From a virus (taxonomy: Duplodnaviria; Caudoviricetes), in the IMG/VR virus record IMGVR_UViG_3300038679_000051, positions 64,001 to 128,000 of that record: 64,000 nucleotides of DNA; one strand, given 5' to 3'. Shown here piece after piece: positions 39,774 through 48,164 of this stretch. Under the pieces are notes generated by a model, which saw nothing but the letters and a program-made list of their open reading frames with translations, was not told where the DNA came from and searched no databases. The position numbers and the translations under genes are program-made. The stretch's first letter is position 1. The number at the start of each line of letters is the position of its first letter.

Positions 39774-40313
39774 TTATTTTTTAATGCGTGCTTCCAAAGT
39801 CTTGAGGGAGCGTTTCGCCTCCTCTCCGCAATATTCCTTGTTGTAGAATCCACCACATGAATCGACACAAGTGCCATCTTTGTCCTTTATTACGTATTCC
39901 CAAACGTCGCCTTGTAAATATTGATCGTACGTCGCCACTTCCGCGATTAACAATTCCTTCGTCTTCTTGAGTGATTCCTCATTACAATCCCCATGTTCCT
40001 CCATGATCATTTCTTTGGTGGCATAGATGAGACCAACTTGCCCAGAGTCCCATGAGCAGGAGAATCCGGTAACGTTCATCGTAATGCCACTGTGATCATA
40101 AAGATATAATGGTAAGACGATTTCCGCATTCAATTCTTTGCGTAAATGGCCCTCTAATTCATCCCATCCATTGAAATCTTCATGTTTGAAATCATGTTCA
40201 TCGCCTAAGTCATAACGGCGATGAAAGCACACCATCTTGCCGAAACAATCATATTCTTTGCGAGGATTTGGGGCGGATTCGTCCTGTAAAATTTCGAGCA
40301 CCAATTTACCCAT
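39774..40313 (-). CDS. conserved phage protein
   Basis: LPLYLYDHSGITM...WDSGQVG...YDQYLQGDVW...DSCGGFY. Confidence 0.6.
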   Translation of the reverse strand: MGKLVLEILQDESAPNPRKEYDCFGKMVCFHRRYDLGDEHDFKHEDFNGWDELEGHLRKELNAEIVLPLYLYDHSGITMNVTGFSCSWDSGQVGLIYATKEMIMEEHGDCNEESLKKTKELLIAEVATYDQYLQGDVWEYVIKDKDGTCVDSCGGFYNKEYCGEEAKRSLKTLEARIKK

Positions 40314-40369
40314 CTGTCACCTCCCTCTCATCACCCGTTCCCATTCTTCCCACACTTTGTTGATGTCTT

Positions 40370-40518
40370 AGCTATCTCTTTCTTAAGAGTTGGGTCTTTA
40401 ACAAATTGAAGAGCTTTTCAGAATGCATTAAGATGCGCATTAAGATGCACATTGGGTTTATTTCAACCATTAATCACGTCAGCTAATTGTTCTTTAATCA
40501 CTTCAGAGAGCCAATGCA
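40370..40518 (-). pseudogene. collapsed DUF4116-family remnant (leader joined almost directly to tail)
   Basis: GTGCATTGGCTCTCTGAAGTGATTAAAGAACAATTAGCTGACGTGATT, stops, then CAATTTGTTAAAGACCCAACTCTTAAG tail. Confidence 0.55.
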
Positions 40519-41039
40519 CGTTTTATCTCCTCTCTAAGAGTTGGGTTTCTAACAAATTGAAGTGTATCCTTATCTCGTTGTACTGATGTCATACATATTT
40601 CTGGCGTCTGTTCTTTGACATATTGTAGTGCCCAACCCCATTGTTGTTGTATTGCTGCCATACAGATTTCTGGCGTTTGTTCCTTGACACATTGAAGCAC
40701 ATGGCCACTTTCTTGTATTGCTGTCATACACATCTCTAGTGTCTGTTTTTTGACATATCGAAGTGCCCAACCATTCTGCTGTACTGCTGTCATACACATT
40801 TCTGGCGTTTGTTCCTTAACATATTGTAGTGCCCAATTATACTGTTGTACTGCCGCCAGACATATAGCTGGAAATTGTTTATTTAAATGTTTGATGATGT
40901 CACATAAGTTTATTTCATCATTTAATAACATATCAATAATTATTTCTGGTTCCTTCTGATTCAGTAGCCCAAAGGATGAATGATAGGCTTTAATCACGTC
41001 AGCTAATTGTTCTTTAGTCACCTCAGAGAGCCAATGCAC
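40503..41039 (-). CDS. DUF4116-like repeat protein with MHW leader (GTG start)
   Basis: Leader plus about 4 repeats; ends EEIKRALAL. Confidence 0.75.
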   Translation of the reverse strand: MHWLSEVTKEQLADVIKAYHSSFGLLNQKEPEIIIDMLLNDEINLCDIIKHLNKQFPAICLAAVQQYNWALQYVKEQTPEMCMTAVQQNGWALRYVKKQTLEMCMTAIQESGHVLQCVKEQTPEICMAAIQQQWGWALQYVKEQTPEICMTSVQRDKDTLQFVRNPTLREEIKRALAL

Positions 41040-41568
41040 GTTCTATCTCCCATTTAATGGCTGGATCCCTAACAAGATTAAGTGCATGGCAATCTTGTTG
41101 TACTGCTGCCATGCATATTTCAGGTGTTTGTTTTTTAACATGTTGAAGTGCCTGACCATTTCGTTGTACTGCTGCTAAACATATGTCTGGTGTTTGTTCT
41201 TTAATAAAGTGAAGTGCATAACCATCTCGTTTTACTGCTGCCATATATATTTCTGGTGTCTGTTCCCTGACATATTTAAGTGCCCAACCATTTTGTTTTA
41301 CTGCCGCCAGACAGATTTCTGGCGTCTGATTTTTAATGTACTTAAGTGCATAACCATTCTGTTGCACTGCTGCCATACATATAGATAGAAATTGCTTATC
41401 TAATTGTCCGATGATACCAGATAAATTTACTTTATTGTTCAATAACAGCTCAATAATTGTTTCTGGTGGCAAATCACCGCTGAATGCCAAATTTACCGTT
41501 TCCAATGAACGACAGGCTTGAAGCACGTCAGCTAATTGCTCTTTAGTTATGTCTATCATCCAGTGCAT
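41023..41568 (-). CDS. DUF4116-like repeat protein with MHW leader
   Basis: Leader plus about 4 repeats; ends WEIERALAL. Confidence 0.75.
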   Translation of the reverse strand: MHWMIDITKEQLADVLQACRSLETVNLAFSGDLPPETIIELLLNNKVNLSGIIGQLDKQFLSICMAAVQQNGYALKYIKNQTPEICLAAVKQNGWALKYVREQTPEIYMAAVKRDGYALHFIKEQTPDICLAAVQRNGQALQHVKKQTPEICMAAVQQDCHALNLVRDPAIKWEIERALAL

Positions 41569-41599
41569 TCAAGCTCCTTTCTATGATTTGATTAGGTTT

Positions 41600-41655
41600 C
41601 CCATGACGGGGAGAGAACTCCCCGTTTCGACTAGTTACCATCTAGTCATCGTCAA
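41600..41655 (-). ncRNA. degenerate type I hammerhead ribozyme (H1)
   Basis: Minus strand: TTGACGA-T-GACTAG(ATGGTAA)CTAGTC-GAAA-CGGGGAG..CTCCCCG-TC-ATGGG; core C3 changed, one extra nucleotide, 5' stem I strand lost. Confidence 0.55.
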
Positions 41656-41678
41656 TCAAAACGATTTTAATCTCCTTG

Positions 41679-41770
41679 CCCATTACAAGCACACCAACGG
41701 GCGGCGGACTTCTGTGCCTTATAACCCGTGTGGTGTGCTTGTTTCGATCATTAAGATCTCGTCAGATGGG
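41679..41770 (-). ncRNA. type I hammerhead ribozyme with an extended stem III (H2)
   Basis: CCCAT-CTGACGA-GATC(TTAAT)GATC-GAAA-CAAGCACACCA..TGGTGTGCTTG-TA/ATGGG. Confidence 0.85.
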
Positions 41771-42193
41771 TTTTACCCTTTCAATTATTCCGTTCGGCAA
41801 TTAAATGGCCTTGACGTGTGCCGCTCACGTCGAACATGATCGGTAACTAATTGAAGTGGCACCTCCTTTCGTGATCTCAAGGGTTTTTATCTTAGATCGT
41901 ACTTGTTCTTGCTCACTCCGTTGGTGTCCGTGCCGCCTTGCTCGCTCCGGCGGGTCACAGCTTGCGAAGACGTTTGTGCTGGTCACCTTCAACGTCAATA
42001 ATGACTTCACTTCCATCTTCACATTCTTCCAACTCTTCCTCCGTGCGTTTGCCCTCGTTCACCAACGTCTCGACAGCTTTCTCGTCCGAAATGACCCCTC
42101 TGTTTTGGTCACCGTTACAACCGTCGAACACGATCAGGGCAAATCTGCTCATGTGTTTTCTCCTTAGAATGGGGTTTTAGGTGGGTTTCTTTT

Positions 42194-42253
42194 CCCGTGA
42201 CGGGGAGCGCTTGTTCCTCTCCCCGTTTCGACCATTCGGTCTCGTCAGACGGG
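42194..42253 (-). ncRNA. type I hammerhead ribozyme (H3)
   Basis: CCCGT-CTGACGA-GACC(GAAT)GGTC-GAAA-CGGGGAG..CTCCCCG-TC/ACGGG; GUC site; stem I covaries with the other copies. Confidence 0.9.
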
Positions 42254-42329
42254 TTTGTTCTCCTTCAGTCAAGATTTTAAAATGTTTTTGGAAGTGCGGG
42301 TAAAAACCGTATTCCATCCTTGATGGGGT

Positions 42330-42614
42330 CTAAACTTTTCTCATCACTGTCCTGATTGGACATCGCAATTCTACCCATCCAGCCGCTTTACCTGCTTTGA
42401 AGATTATCTTCTTCGGTTTGTTGTTCCATTCATGATCAATGGACAGATCGAGCATTTCATTCAACTCATCGTAACTCAGTTCAACAGCTGGCTGTTCCAT
42501 CATTCCTTCAATGAGTTCATTTAATTCCTTAATTTTACTAACCACCTTAGTTAGCATTAATTTCCGTAATTCAGTTGCATCCAACAGTCTCTCTTCATTC
42601 ATTCTTTTCTCCAA
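42330..42614 (-). CDS. hypothetical protein
   Basis: Co-oriented ORF. Confidence 0.45.
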   Translation of the reverse strand: MEKRMNEERLLDATELRKLMLTKVVSKIKELNELIEGMMEQPAVELSYDELNEMLDLSIDHEWNNKPKKIIFKAGKAAGWVELRCPIRTVMRKV

Positions 42615-42643
42615 TCTTATCTGGATCCCTCAATTTGGTTTGA

Positions 42644-42952
42644 TTACTTTGCCCCGTCAATTCTTATTCCTTTAAAATTTTCTTTGTTTTTAGATGCAAG
42701 AAATTTTTCAATGGCTTTTCTTTCGTCTTTGCTTAAATCATAATCCGACATATTAAAATCAATTTCATCTTTACCATCCCAATCGATTTCACCATCATAT
42801 GTAAAAACGTATGCTATTGGTACAAAACTGCTTTTATCTTTTGTTCCAATTTTTTGTGCCCCTATGCCAGTGTAAACACAATCTGATTTTTCCCATGTAA
42901 CTATGCCTAATCTCCATCCTGATTCTAAAATTGCATCTATCTCTTTCCGCAT
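42644..42952 (-). CDS. hypothetical protein bracketed by a duplicate of the VWA gene 3' end
   Basis: 25-bp repeat at 42626-42650 and 42962-42986; AT-rich. Confidence 0.55.
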   Translation of the reverse strand: MRKEIDAILESGWRLGIVTWEKSDCVYTGIGAQKIGTKDKSSFVPIAYVFTYDGEIDWDGKDEIDFNMSDYDLSKDERKAIEKFLASKNKENFKGIRIDGAK

Positions 42953-42965
42953 GTTTACTCCTCCC

Positions 42966-44288
42966 TCAATTTGGTTTGATTACTTTTCCCCATGTGGGCA
43001 TTTGATTTGAGGATGATACGACATACCACAACATTGGGTATGATTTCTGTTCTGGCCATTCTAGATAACCGTCGGTGATGACTACGTTGACGTCACCGAT
43101 CAAACCGCGTTCTTCTGCCTCTTTCAGTGCTCTGACGATCGACGTCCCACCACGACCGTGGATTTTAATTTTCTTCCAATCACCTTTCCGGTATTTGCTG
43201 ACGTGTTCTATGCCATGATCAAATTCAATTAATCTGATTTTAGATCGGTAGGCGAGTTTTTCAATGTTGCTGAACGCTTCACTGATTTCATCCGGTCCCA
43301 TTGATCCAGACGTATCACAGAATACGCTTAGATCAACCATCGCCCTGCTGGTCGATCCCGGTATGCCGAATCTAGGGAGTCGGCGATTCAATCTGGAAAA
43401 CGTATTGCGTCTTCCGCCGCATTTCTTCCCCATCCATTCGTTCATCTCACGCATCCAATTAGTGCGTACTTCCTTCAATGCTTTGATGGCTTCTTCAAGA
43501 TGACCCGGTGCGTTTCCAGCGGACTTACATGTCTGTGCGACCATGCCATCAACAATCGCACGAGCATCATCCTCATTTGCCGTGCTGTTATCCCACATAC
43601 CATGATCATCAACCATTTCTGGTTTAGCACCGCACGTCGGACACGTATGTTCATCCTTCTCCTGACCCTGATCATCCTGATTTTGACTACCTCCACCACC
43701 TTGGCCTTGATTCTGGCCTTGATTCTGGCCTTGACCCTTCTGATTCTGGCCTTGACCCTTACCCTTACTCTGGTCATTTTTTGCATTCGGGTCGAAATGA
43801 ATGACCATTGCACCGCATGTCGGACAGATAGTAGAATTTTTCTTCAACCAGTCGTAATACTGTTCTGTGCCGAGATTGCTTTCCGGTGCCGTATACCATA
43901 CGACACTATTTGGAAGATAACATTTTTCGCTATAATCTTTGCCCACGATCTTGATGTTTGGATTATCTTTTGTGCCATTGACAATCGCATCAGCCGCGAT
44001 GTTCCAACATTCCTTGATCCTACTCATTTTCCTGATGCAGTGCAATCTGATGATATGATCAATTTCATGTATGATCACACATGCTAATCCCTCATTACTG
44101 AGACTATCGACGAATTCACGATTGTAGACCGAATCCACCGTGCCATCAGAAATGACCGACACGCCCATCGTTTTACAGTCTCTAGCATTTACCTCACGCC
44201 ACCTCATCATTGAAGCGAAAGTCCCATACCATGGCTTCCGCATAAGAAGTTGGCAGCGCACTTTTTGAATTCTTTCCATTTGGATCAT
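42966..44288 (-). CDS. DUF2201-like metallopeptidase plus VWA-domain protein
   Basis: HEIDH (HExxH), WNIAAD, Q/G-rich linker, MIDAS-like DTSGS, GRGGTS, ITDG. Confidence 0.85.
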   Translation of the reverse strand: MIQMERIQKVRCQLLMRKPWYGTFASMMRWREVNARDCKTMGVSVISDGTVDSVYNREFVDSLSNEGLACVIIHEIDHIIRLHCIRKMSRIKECWNIAADAIVNGTKDNPNIKIVGKDYSEKCYLPNSVVWYTAPESNLGTEQYYDWLKKNSTICPTCGAMVIHFDPNAKNDQSKGKGQGQNQKGQGQNQGQNQGQGGGGSQNQDDQGQEKDEHTCPTCGAKPEMVDDHGMWDNSTANEDDARAIVDGMVAQTCKSAGNAPGHLEEAIKALKEVRTNWMREMNEWMGKKCGGRRNTFSRLNRRLPRFGIPGSTSRAMVDLSVFCDTSGSMGPDEISEAFSNIEKLAYRSKIRLIEFDHGIEHVSKYRKGDWKKIKIHGRGGTSIVRALKEAEERGLIGDVNVVITDGYLEWPEQKSYPMLWYVVSSSNQMPTWGKVIKPN

Positions 44289-44359
44289 TTGTCACCTCCT
44301 TCTCTAGTATTTTTGTCAAACATAAACCGTGGGATGGAACAACAATTGAAAGGAACATC

Positions 44360-45415
44360 ATGTTCAACTGGATCAAAACTCAAAATTCTTTACCTCCTTT
44401 CATCGCAGTCGTCAACTGTGATGACTGCGGTGTTGAAATGACGAGGAAAATACGTCGCGAATCAGATTTACAAATTACTAAACATCATTGTAAACGATGT
44501 ACTGCGAAAAGACAATGGCAGGACCCAAAGTTTCGTGAACTCGTGGTTTCAAGCAGTAGGAAAATTTGGAATGACGAGGAACGTCGTACTAAAATGAGTA
44601 AGATACGAACTGATCCTATTCACGTTGCTAAACTCATTGAGAGGAATAAGACAATCAAACCAGACCCAATAAAGGCGTCGATTGCAGCTAAAGCAACTTG
44701 GCAGAAAATTTTATCGGATCATGAACGACATGTTGCTGCCATAAAAGCAAGAACGAGACAAGCAAAAGAAGCATGGACAAACGACGAATTTCGCAATAAG
44801 GTCGTCATGAATAATAGAAAAAATTGGCAAAACGATGAATATCGTACATCAATCGTCGAATCGTCGAAAGAATTGTGGAAAAATAAGGAGTATAGAGATA
44901 AGATACTCAATAAATTACAAGATCCGGAATATCGCATCAAAATGGCAGAGAAAATGCGCAATAAGTGGCGCACCGACGAACAATTTAGACAAAAAATGCG
45001 CGACCAACCAAAAGTTTCAAGCATTCAAAAGACGCTTTATTCCATATTAGATGATCTTAAAATCAATTATTTTAAAGAACGTGAAGATGGACCGTCAGAC
45101 AAAGAATGTATGATCGGTCCGTATCAATTCGATTGTGTCATTCCTCGTGGCAACAAAACGTTACTCATCGAATGTCAGGGTGATTATTGGCATTCAAAGC
45201 CGGACATCATCAGTAGAGATGCGGCAAAATCTTCTTATATAATGAATAATTTTCCAAATCAATATGAAATTAGATATCTTTGGGAACATGAATTTTCACA
45301 GAAAGATAGAATCGTCAATACTATTAAGCATTGGCTCGACATTAACCAGATCGACGTCGTTGACTTTGAATCACAAAATTGCGTGTCTAACGGCTCATTA
45401 ACTGATCGACGATGA
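44360..45415 (+). CDS. free-standing homing-endonuclease-like protein (PD-(D/E)xK, DUF559/Vsr-like)
   Basis: Helical W..P.FR repeats then YQFDCVIP..LIECQGDYWH..YLWEHE; the only long plus-strand gene in the minus-strand block. Confidence 0.7.
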   Translation: MFNWIKTQNSLPPFIAVVNCDDCGVEMTRKIRRESDLQITKHHCKRCTAKRQWQDPKFRELVVSSSRKIWNDEERRTKMSKIRTDPIHVAKLIERNKTIKPDPIKASIAAKATWQKILSDHERHVAAIKARTRQAKEAWTNDEFRNKVVMNNRKNWQNDEYRTSIVESSKELWKNKEYRDKILNKLQDPEYRIKMAEKMRNKWRTDEQFRQKMRDQPKVSSIQKTLYSILDDLKINYFKEREDGPSDKECMIGPYQFDCVIPRGNKTLLIECQGDYWHSKPDIISRDAAKSSYIMNNFPNQYEIRYLWEHEFSQKDRIVNTIKHWLDINQIDVVDFESQNCVSNGSLTDRR

Positions 45416-45999
45416 GGATTACGCTGTTCTCGGAGACATCCAATCACGATGAGACCGGCATCGTGCCGTAATCGCCGCCCTATCTGGATTAATGGCACAT
45501 CCTCCGCAACCTCTGAAATGACGACGTTGGTGTCCTTAACCAAATAATCGTTGATTCGTCTAGTCCCCGTTGGAAGATTAAAGTGAACGATGCCTTTGTC
45601 ATCGAACTTTTCAATCGTTCCCTTATCCAACATTTTCTTAATCAATTCATCGCGTTGTTTGATGATTTCCTCCGGTGGGGTGGGGATTTTACTTACCGCC
45701 TTGCGTTTGGATGCAATGATCTTTGGTATTCCGGCCATCAACGCATCTATGTCCGCATAATAATTGTTGTTGATGCGAAATTGTTTGCCTTGAATATAAA
45801 CGTTCCAATCAAACGTCTTGCCGTCAATTTCAATTTGCATTTGCGCAAGCAACAGGGAACCATACCTGGCAAATTGTGAACCTCTAGCTTCCGGAGAGAT
45901 GGAGATCACGTATCTCACGCCGTCAATCTTGGGCCATTTCTCCCCAAGTCTCTGTCTGACCAACGCATTGATCTCGTCTATCAATTCTTTGCCGTTCAT
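45259..45999 (-). CDS. hypothetical protein; 3' end overlaps the antisense nuclease gene
   Basis: RBS GAGGAG; last ~50 codons run antisense to the nuclease. Confidence 0.45.
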   Translation of the reverse strand: MNGKELIDEINALVRQRLGEKWPKIDGVRYVISISPEARGSQFARYGSLLLAQMQIEIDGKTFDWNVYIQGKQFRINNNYYADIDALMAGIPKIIASKRKAVSKIPTPPEEIIKQRDELIKKMLDKGTIEKFDDKGIVHFNLPTGTRRINDYLVKDTNVVISEVAEDVPLIQIGRRLRHDAGLIVIGCLREQRNPHRRSVNEPLDTQFCDSKSTTSIWLMSSQCLIVLTILSFCENSCSQRYLISY

Positions 46000-46046
46000 T
46001 CTTGCTCCTCTCTTTCTTCGTCATGAGCGTCGTGACCAATTTCGTT

Positions 46047-46736
46047 TCAACATTCTTTCTCCTTTAACCATTCCCCAAACTTCTTGTCGGTCGCGTCGGC
46101 TCCCGTTTGCATTTCACCTACGAAGCGTTTAAACGTCTCGCTTCTTTCATCGTCGCCCAGTTTAATCAACACCGCATCGGCAGCCACGATGAAATGCATG
46201 AAATTGTTCTTATTGAGATGCACTCTTCGGTATGAGATCCAGTCGATCAACTTTCCAATTTCACCGAATTGCGACTGCAGTCGCAGACTGAGTTCTTTGG
46301 CCATCAGCTTCAAATTGTCCAGCGGGAAGTCGCCGGATTTCATCTTGTTCTTTTTCATTCGTTCTCTTCGCGTTTTCTGTTTCGGATCATAGATCAGAAG
46401 TCCGTCTTTGAACTTTATGTCGTCCGGCAATTTCGTGTAAGGATAGTCAATTACTATTGCACCGTATTTCTTTGCCAATTCACATGCTCTGTTTACGTCT
46501 TGACCGACAAAGACCGGTTTTTCGCTTACTCTTATGTTGTTCCAGTTGGTTTTAATCCAGGTCAGATCGGCGTCTTCCAACGATTCTTTCATGCAGGTAG
46601 CGCTTATTGCTGCGATGATCTCTTCTCTTCCACCGTAAATCACTTCACCGGTGGCGTTGATCAGTGGTTCTGGATTGACGCTCATCTCCCACGTGCCGTC
46701 CTCGTTTTTAACTGCTCCCAGCACTTCCATTTCCAT
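46047..46736 (-). CDS. hypothetical protein
   Basis: AGGAGG RBS just downstream of H4. Confidence 0.55.
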   Translation of the reverse strand: MEMEVLGAVKNEDGTWEMSVNPEPLINATGEVIYGGREEIIAAISATCMKESLEDADLTWIKTNWNNIRVSEKPVFVGQDVNRACELAKKYGAIVIDYPYTKLPDDIKFKDGLLIYDPKQKTRRERMKKNKMKSGDFPLDNLKLMAKELSLRLQSQFGEIGKLIDWISYRRVHLNKNNFMHFIVAADAVLIKLGDDERSETFKRFVGEMQTGADATDKKFGEWLKEKEC

Positions 46737-46759
46737 GTTATCCTCCTTTCGATTAGGCT

Positions 46760-46816
46760 CCCATTAGGGGAGAAAATCCTCCCCTTTCATTCCTGCCACG
46801 GAAATCATCAGATGGG
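46760..46816 (-). ncRNA. type I hammerhead ribozyme with a weakened stem II (H4)
   Basis: CCCAT-CTGATGA-TTTCC(GTGGCA)GGAAT-GAAA-GGGGAG..CTCCCC-TA/ATGGG; first stem II pair is U-U. Confidence 0.7.
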
Positions 46817-47107
46817 CAAAGATGAGTGATAAAACTGAAGAACTAAATGTCCTTGTACTTCTTCACTGACCAGACCGTTTTCCAGCGGCGGATTGACGTC
46901 GTTCGAGAAATTTGCAAGGTGTCCATCCGGTACGGAAACGATCGAACAATGTGGATAACCGCTGCCAAAGTCTAAAGCAATTTTTCTTGCTTCTTCTTGA
47001 TTGAGATGTCCTGGAAGGACGATCGGCTTCACATCATCGTCGAGTCGTCCTTCCATGGTTGGAACTACGATGGTAACATTCATTTTGTCAGCGATCCCCT
47101 CGGTCAT
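46808..47107 (-). CDS. hypothetical protein ending in the H4 core
   Basis: Ends CCC ATC TGA; the stop codon is part of CUGAUGA. Confidence 0.45.
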   Translation of the reverse strand: MTEGIADKMNVTIVVPTMEGRLDDDVKPIVLPGHLNQEEARKIALDFGSGYPHCSIVSVPDGHLANFSNDVNPPLENGLVSEEVQGHLVLQFYHSSLPI

Positions 47108-47113
47108 GACTGT

Positions 47114-47770
47114 TTATTTCTCCAGCACGTCCACTTTGATGTCGGCGATCGCTAAAGCGACGTTAGCGAATCCTGACGCGCCGAGCGTCTTGCGGGCGAT
47201 TTCAGCACGAACCGCTCTTTCCATCGTGCCGATCTTGGAGAGTTTCGTGCGGATTTCGATGATCTTCCGTTGGGCGTCATCGATCGCCTTTTCCAGCATT
47301 TCGTTGCGTTTGATCGCTTTCTTTTCCTCGTCGTTCAACTTCCGTTCCAGTTGCGCATCGTACAGGTTGTTGCAGTATGAGTGTTCTTTGTCAACCGAAA
47401 CGACCACGCTCAACATGAGCGTTTCTGCCTTTTCACACGGTCCCACGATTGACGCCTGCATGCTGCATTTCACTTTCACGTTCAGATCCTTGTACGCTTC
47501 CAGCAGCTTTTTCACTTTCGGCGTCCAGTAATTGGTCGCTGACTGAGAAGTCATCTTTTCGAAGCCGTCCTTGTTCTCTTTCAGTTCTTTTTTCGTCGCC
47601 GCCAGTTCGGCCACGATCTTTTTCTCCTCCACCATCAATTTGTTTTCAAATTCAGAGACCTTAATTGCCACCAGATCTCCCGTCGTCACCTGGGCGCTCA
47701 GCGTGGTGACGTTCTTCACATCGAGTTCTTTCTTCATCAGCATCTTCCTCCTTGAAAAGGTGGTTCCCAC
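47114..47770 (-). CDS. coiled-coil hypothetical protein
   Basis: 218 aa, heptad-rich. Confidence 0.55.
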   Translation of the reverse strand: MGTTFSRRKMLMKKELDVKNVTTLSAQVTTGDLVAIKVSEFENKLMVEEKKIVAELAATKKELKENKDGFEKMTSQSATNYWTPKVKKLLEAYKDLNVKVKCSMQASIVGPCEKAETLMLSVVVSVDKEHSYCNNLYDAQLERKLNDEEKKAIKRNEMLEKAIDDAQRKIIEIRTKLSKIGTMERAVRAEIARKTLGASGFANVALAIADIKVDVLEK

Positions 47771-47787
47771 GTCCCCTTCTTGACTTT

Positions 47788-47849
47788 CCCATTAGGGGAG
47801 GATTTCCTCTCCCCTTTCGGCTGGTCGTCATCCAACCTCATCAGATGGG
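47788..47849 (-). ncRNA. type I hammerhead ribozyme (H5)
   Basis: CCCAT-CTGATGA-GGTTGG(ATGACGA)CCAGCC-GAAA-GGGGAG..CTCCCC-TA/ATGGG-AAAGTCA; loop TGAC complements tail GTCA. Confidence 0.9.
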
Positions 47850-48128
47850 CCGTTGAAGTTCAGAGCCAGGATACGTTTCAAAAAATTCAGGATCTTCAGG
47901 ATCAAGACACGGAAATTCTTTCTTTATCCTTGCTGGAATCCCCATCAAATCATCCAGCGTCGCCCTGCGTTCAGTGTGATCATCCGTCAAATCACCCACG
48001 TTGTAAGCCGTCCCGTTCCCATTGACGCAATGCTCTTCTGCCACGTAGACCATTTTACCATTTTCCAAAACAAGAATTTGGTAAAGTCCGTCAGCATCCA
48101 CGTTAATTGACGTCCTAATCTTTGCCAT
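47841..48128 (-). CDS. hypothetical protein ending in the H5 core
   Basis: Ends CGG CCC ATC TGA. Confidence 0.5.
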   Translation of the reverse strand: MAKIRTSINVDADGLYQILVLENGKMVYVAEEHCVNGNGTAYNVGDLTDDHTERRATLDDLMGIPARIKKEFPCLDPEDPEFFETYPGSELQRPI

Positions 48129-48164
48129 CTGATTTCCTCCTCTTGAGTAAATCTGAACGTGGTC

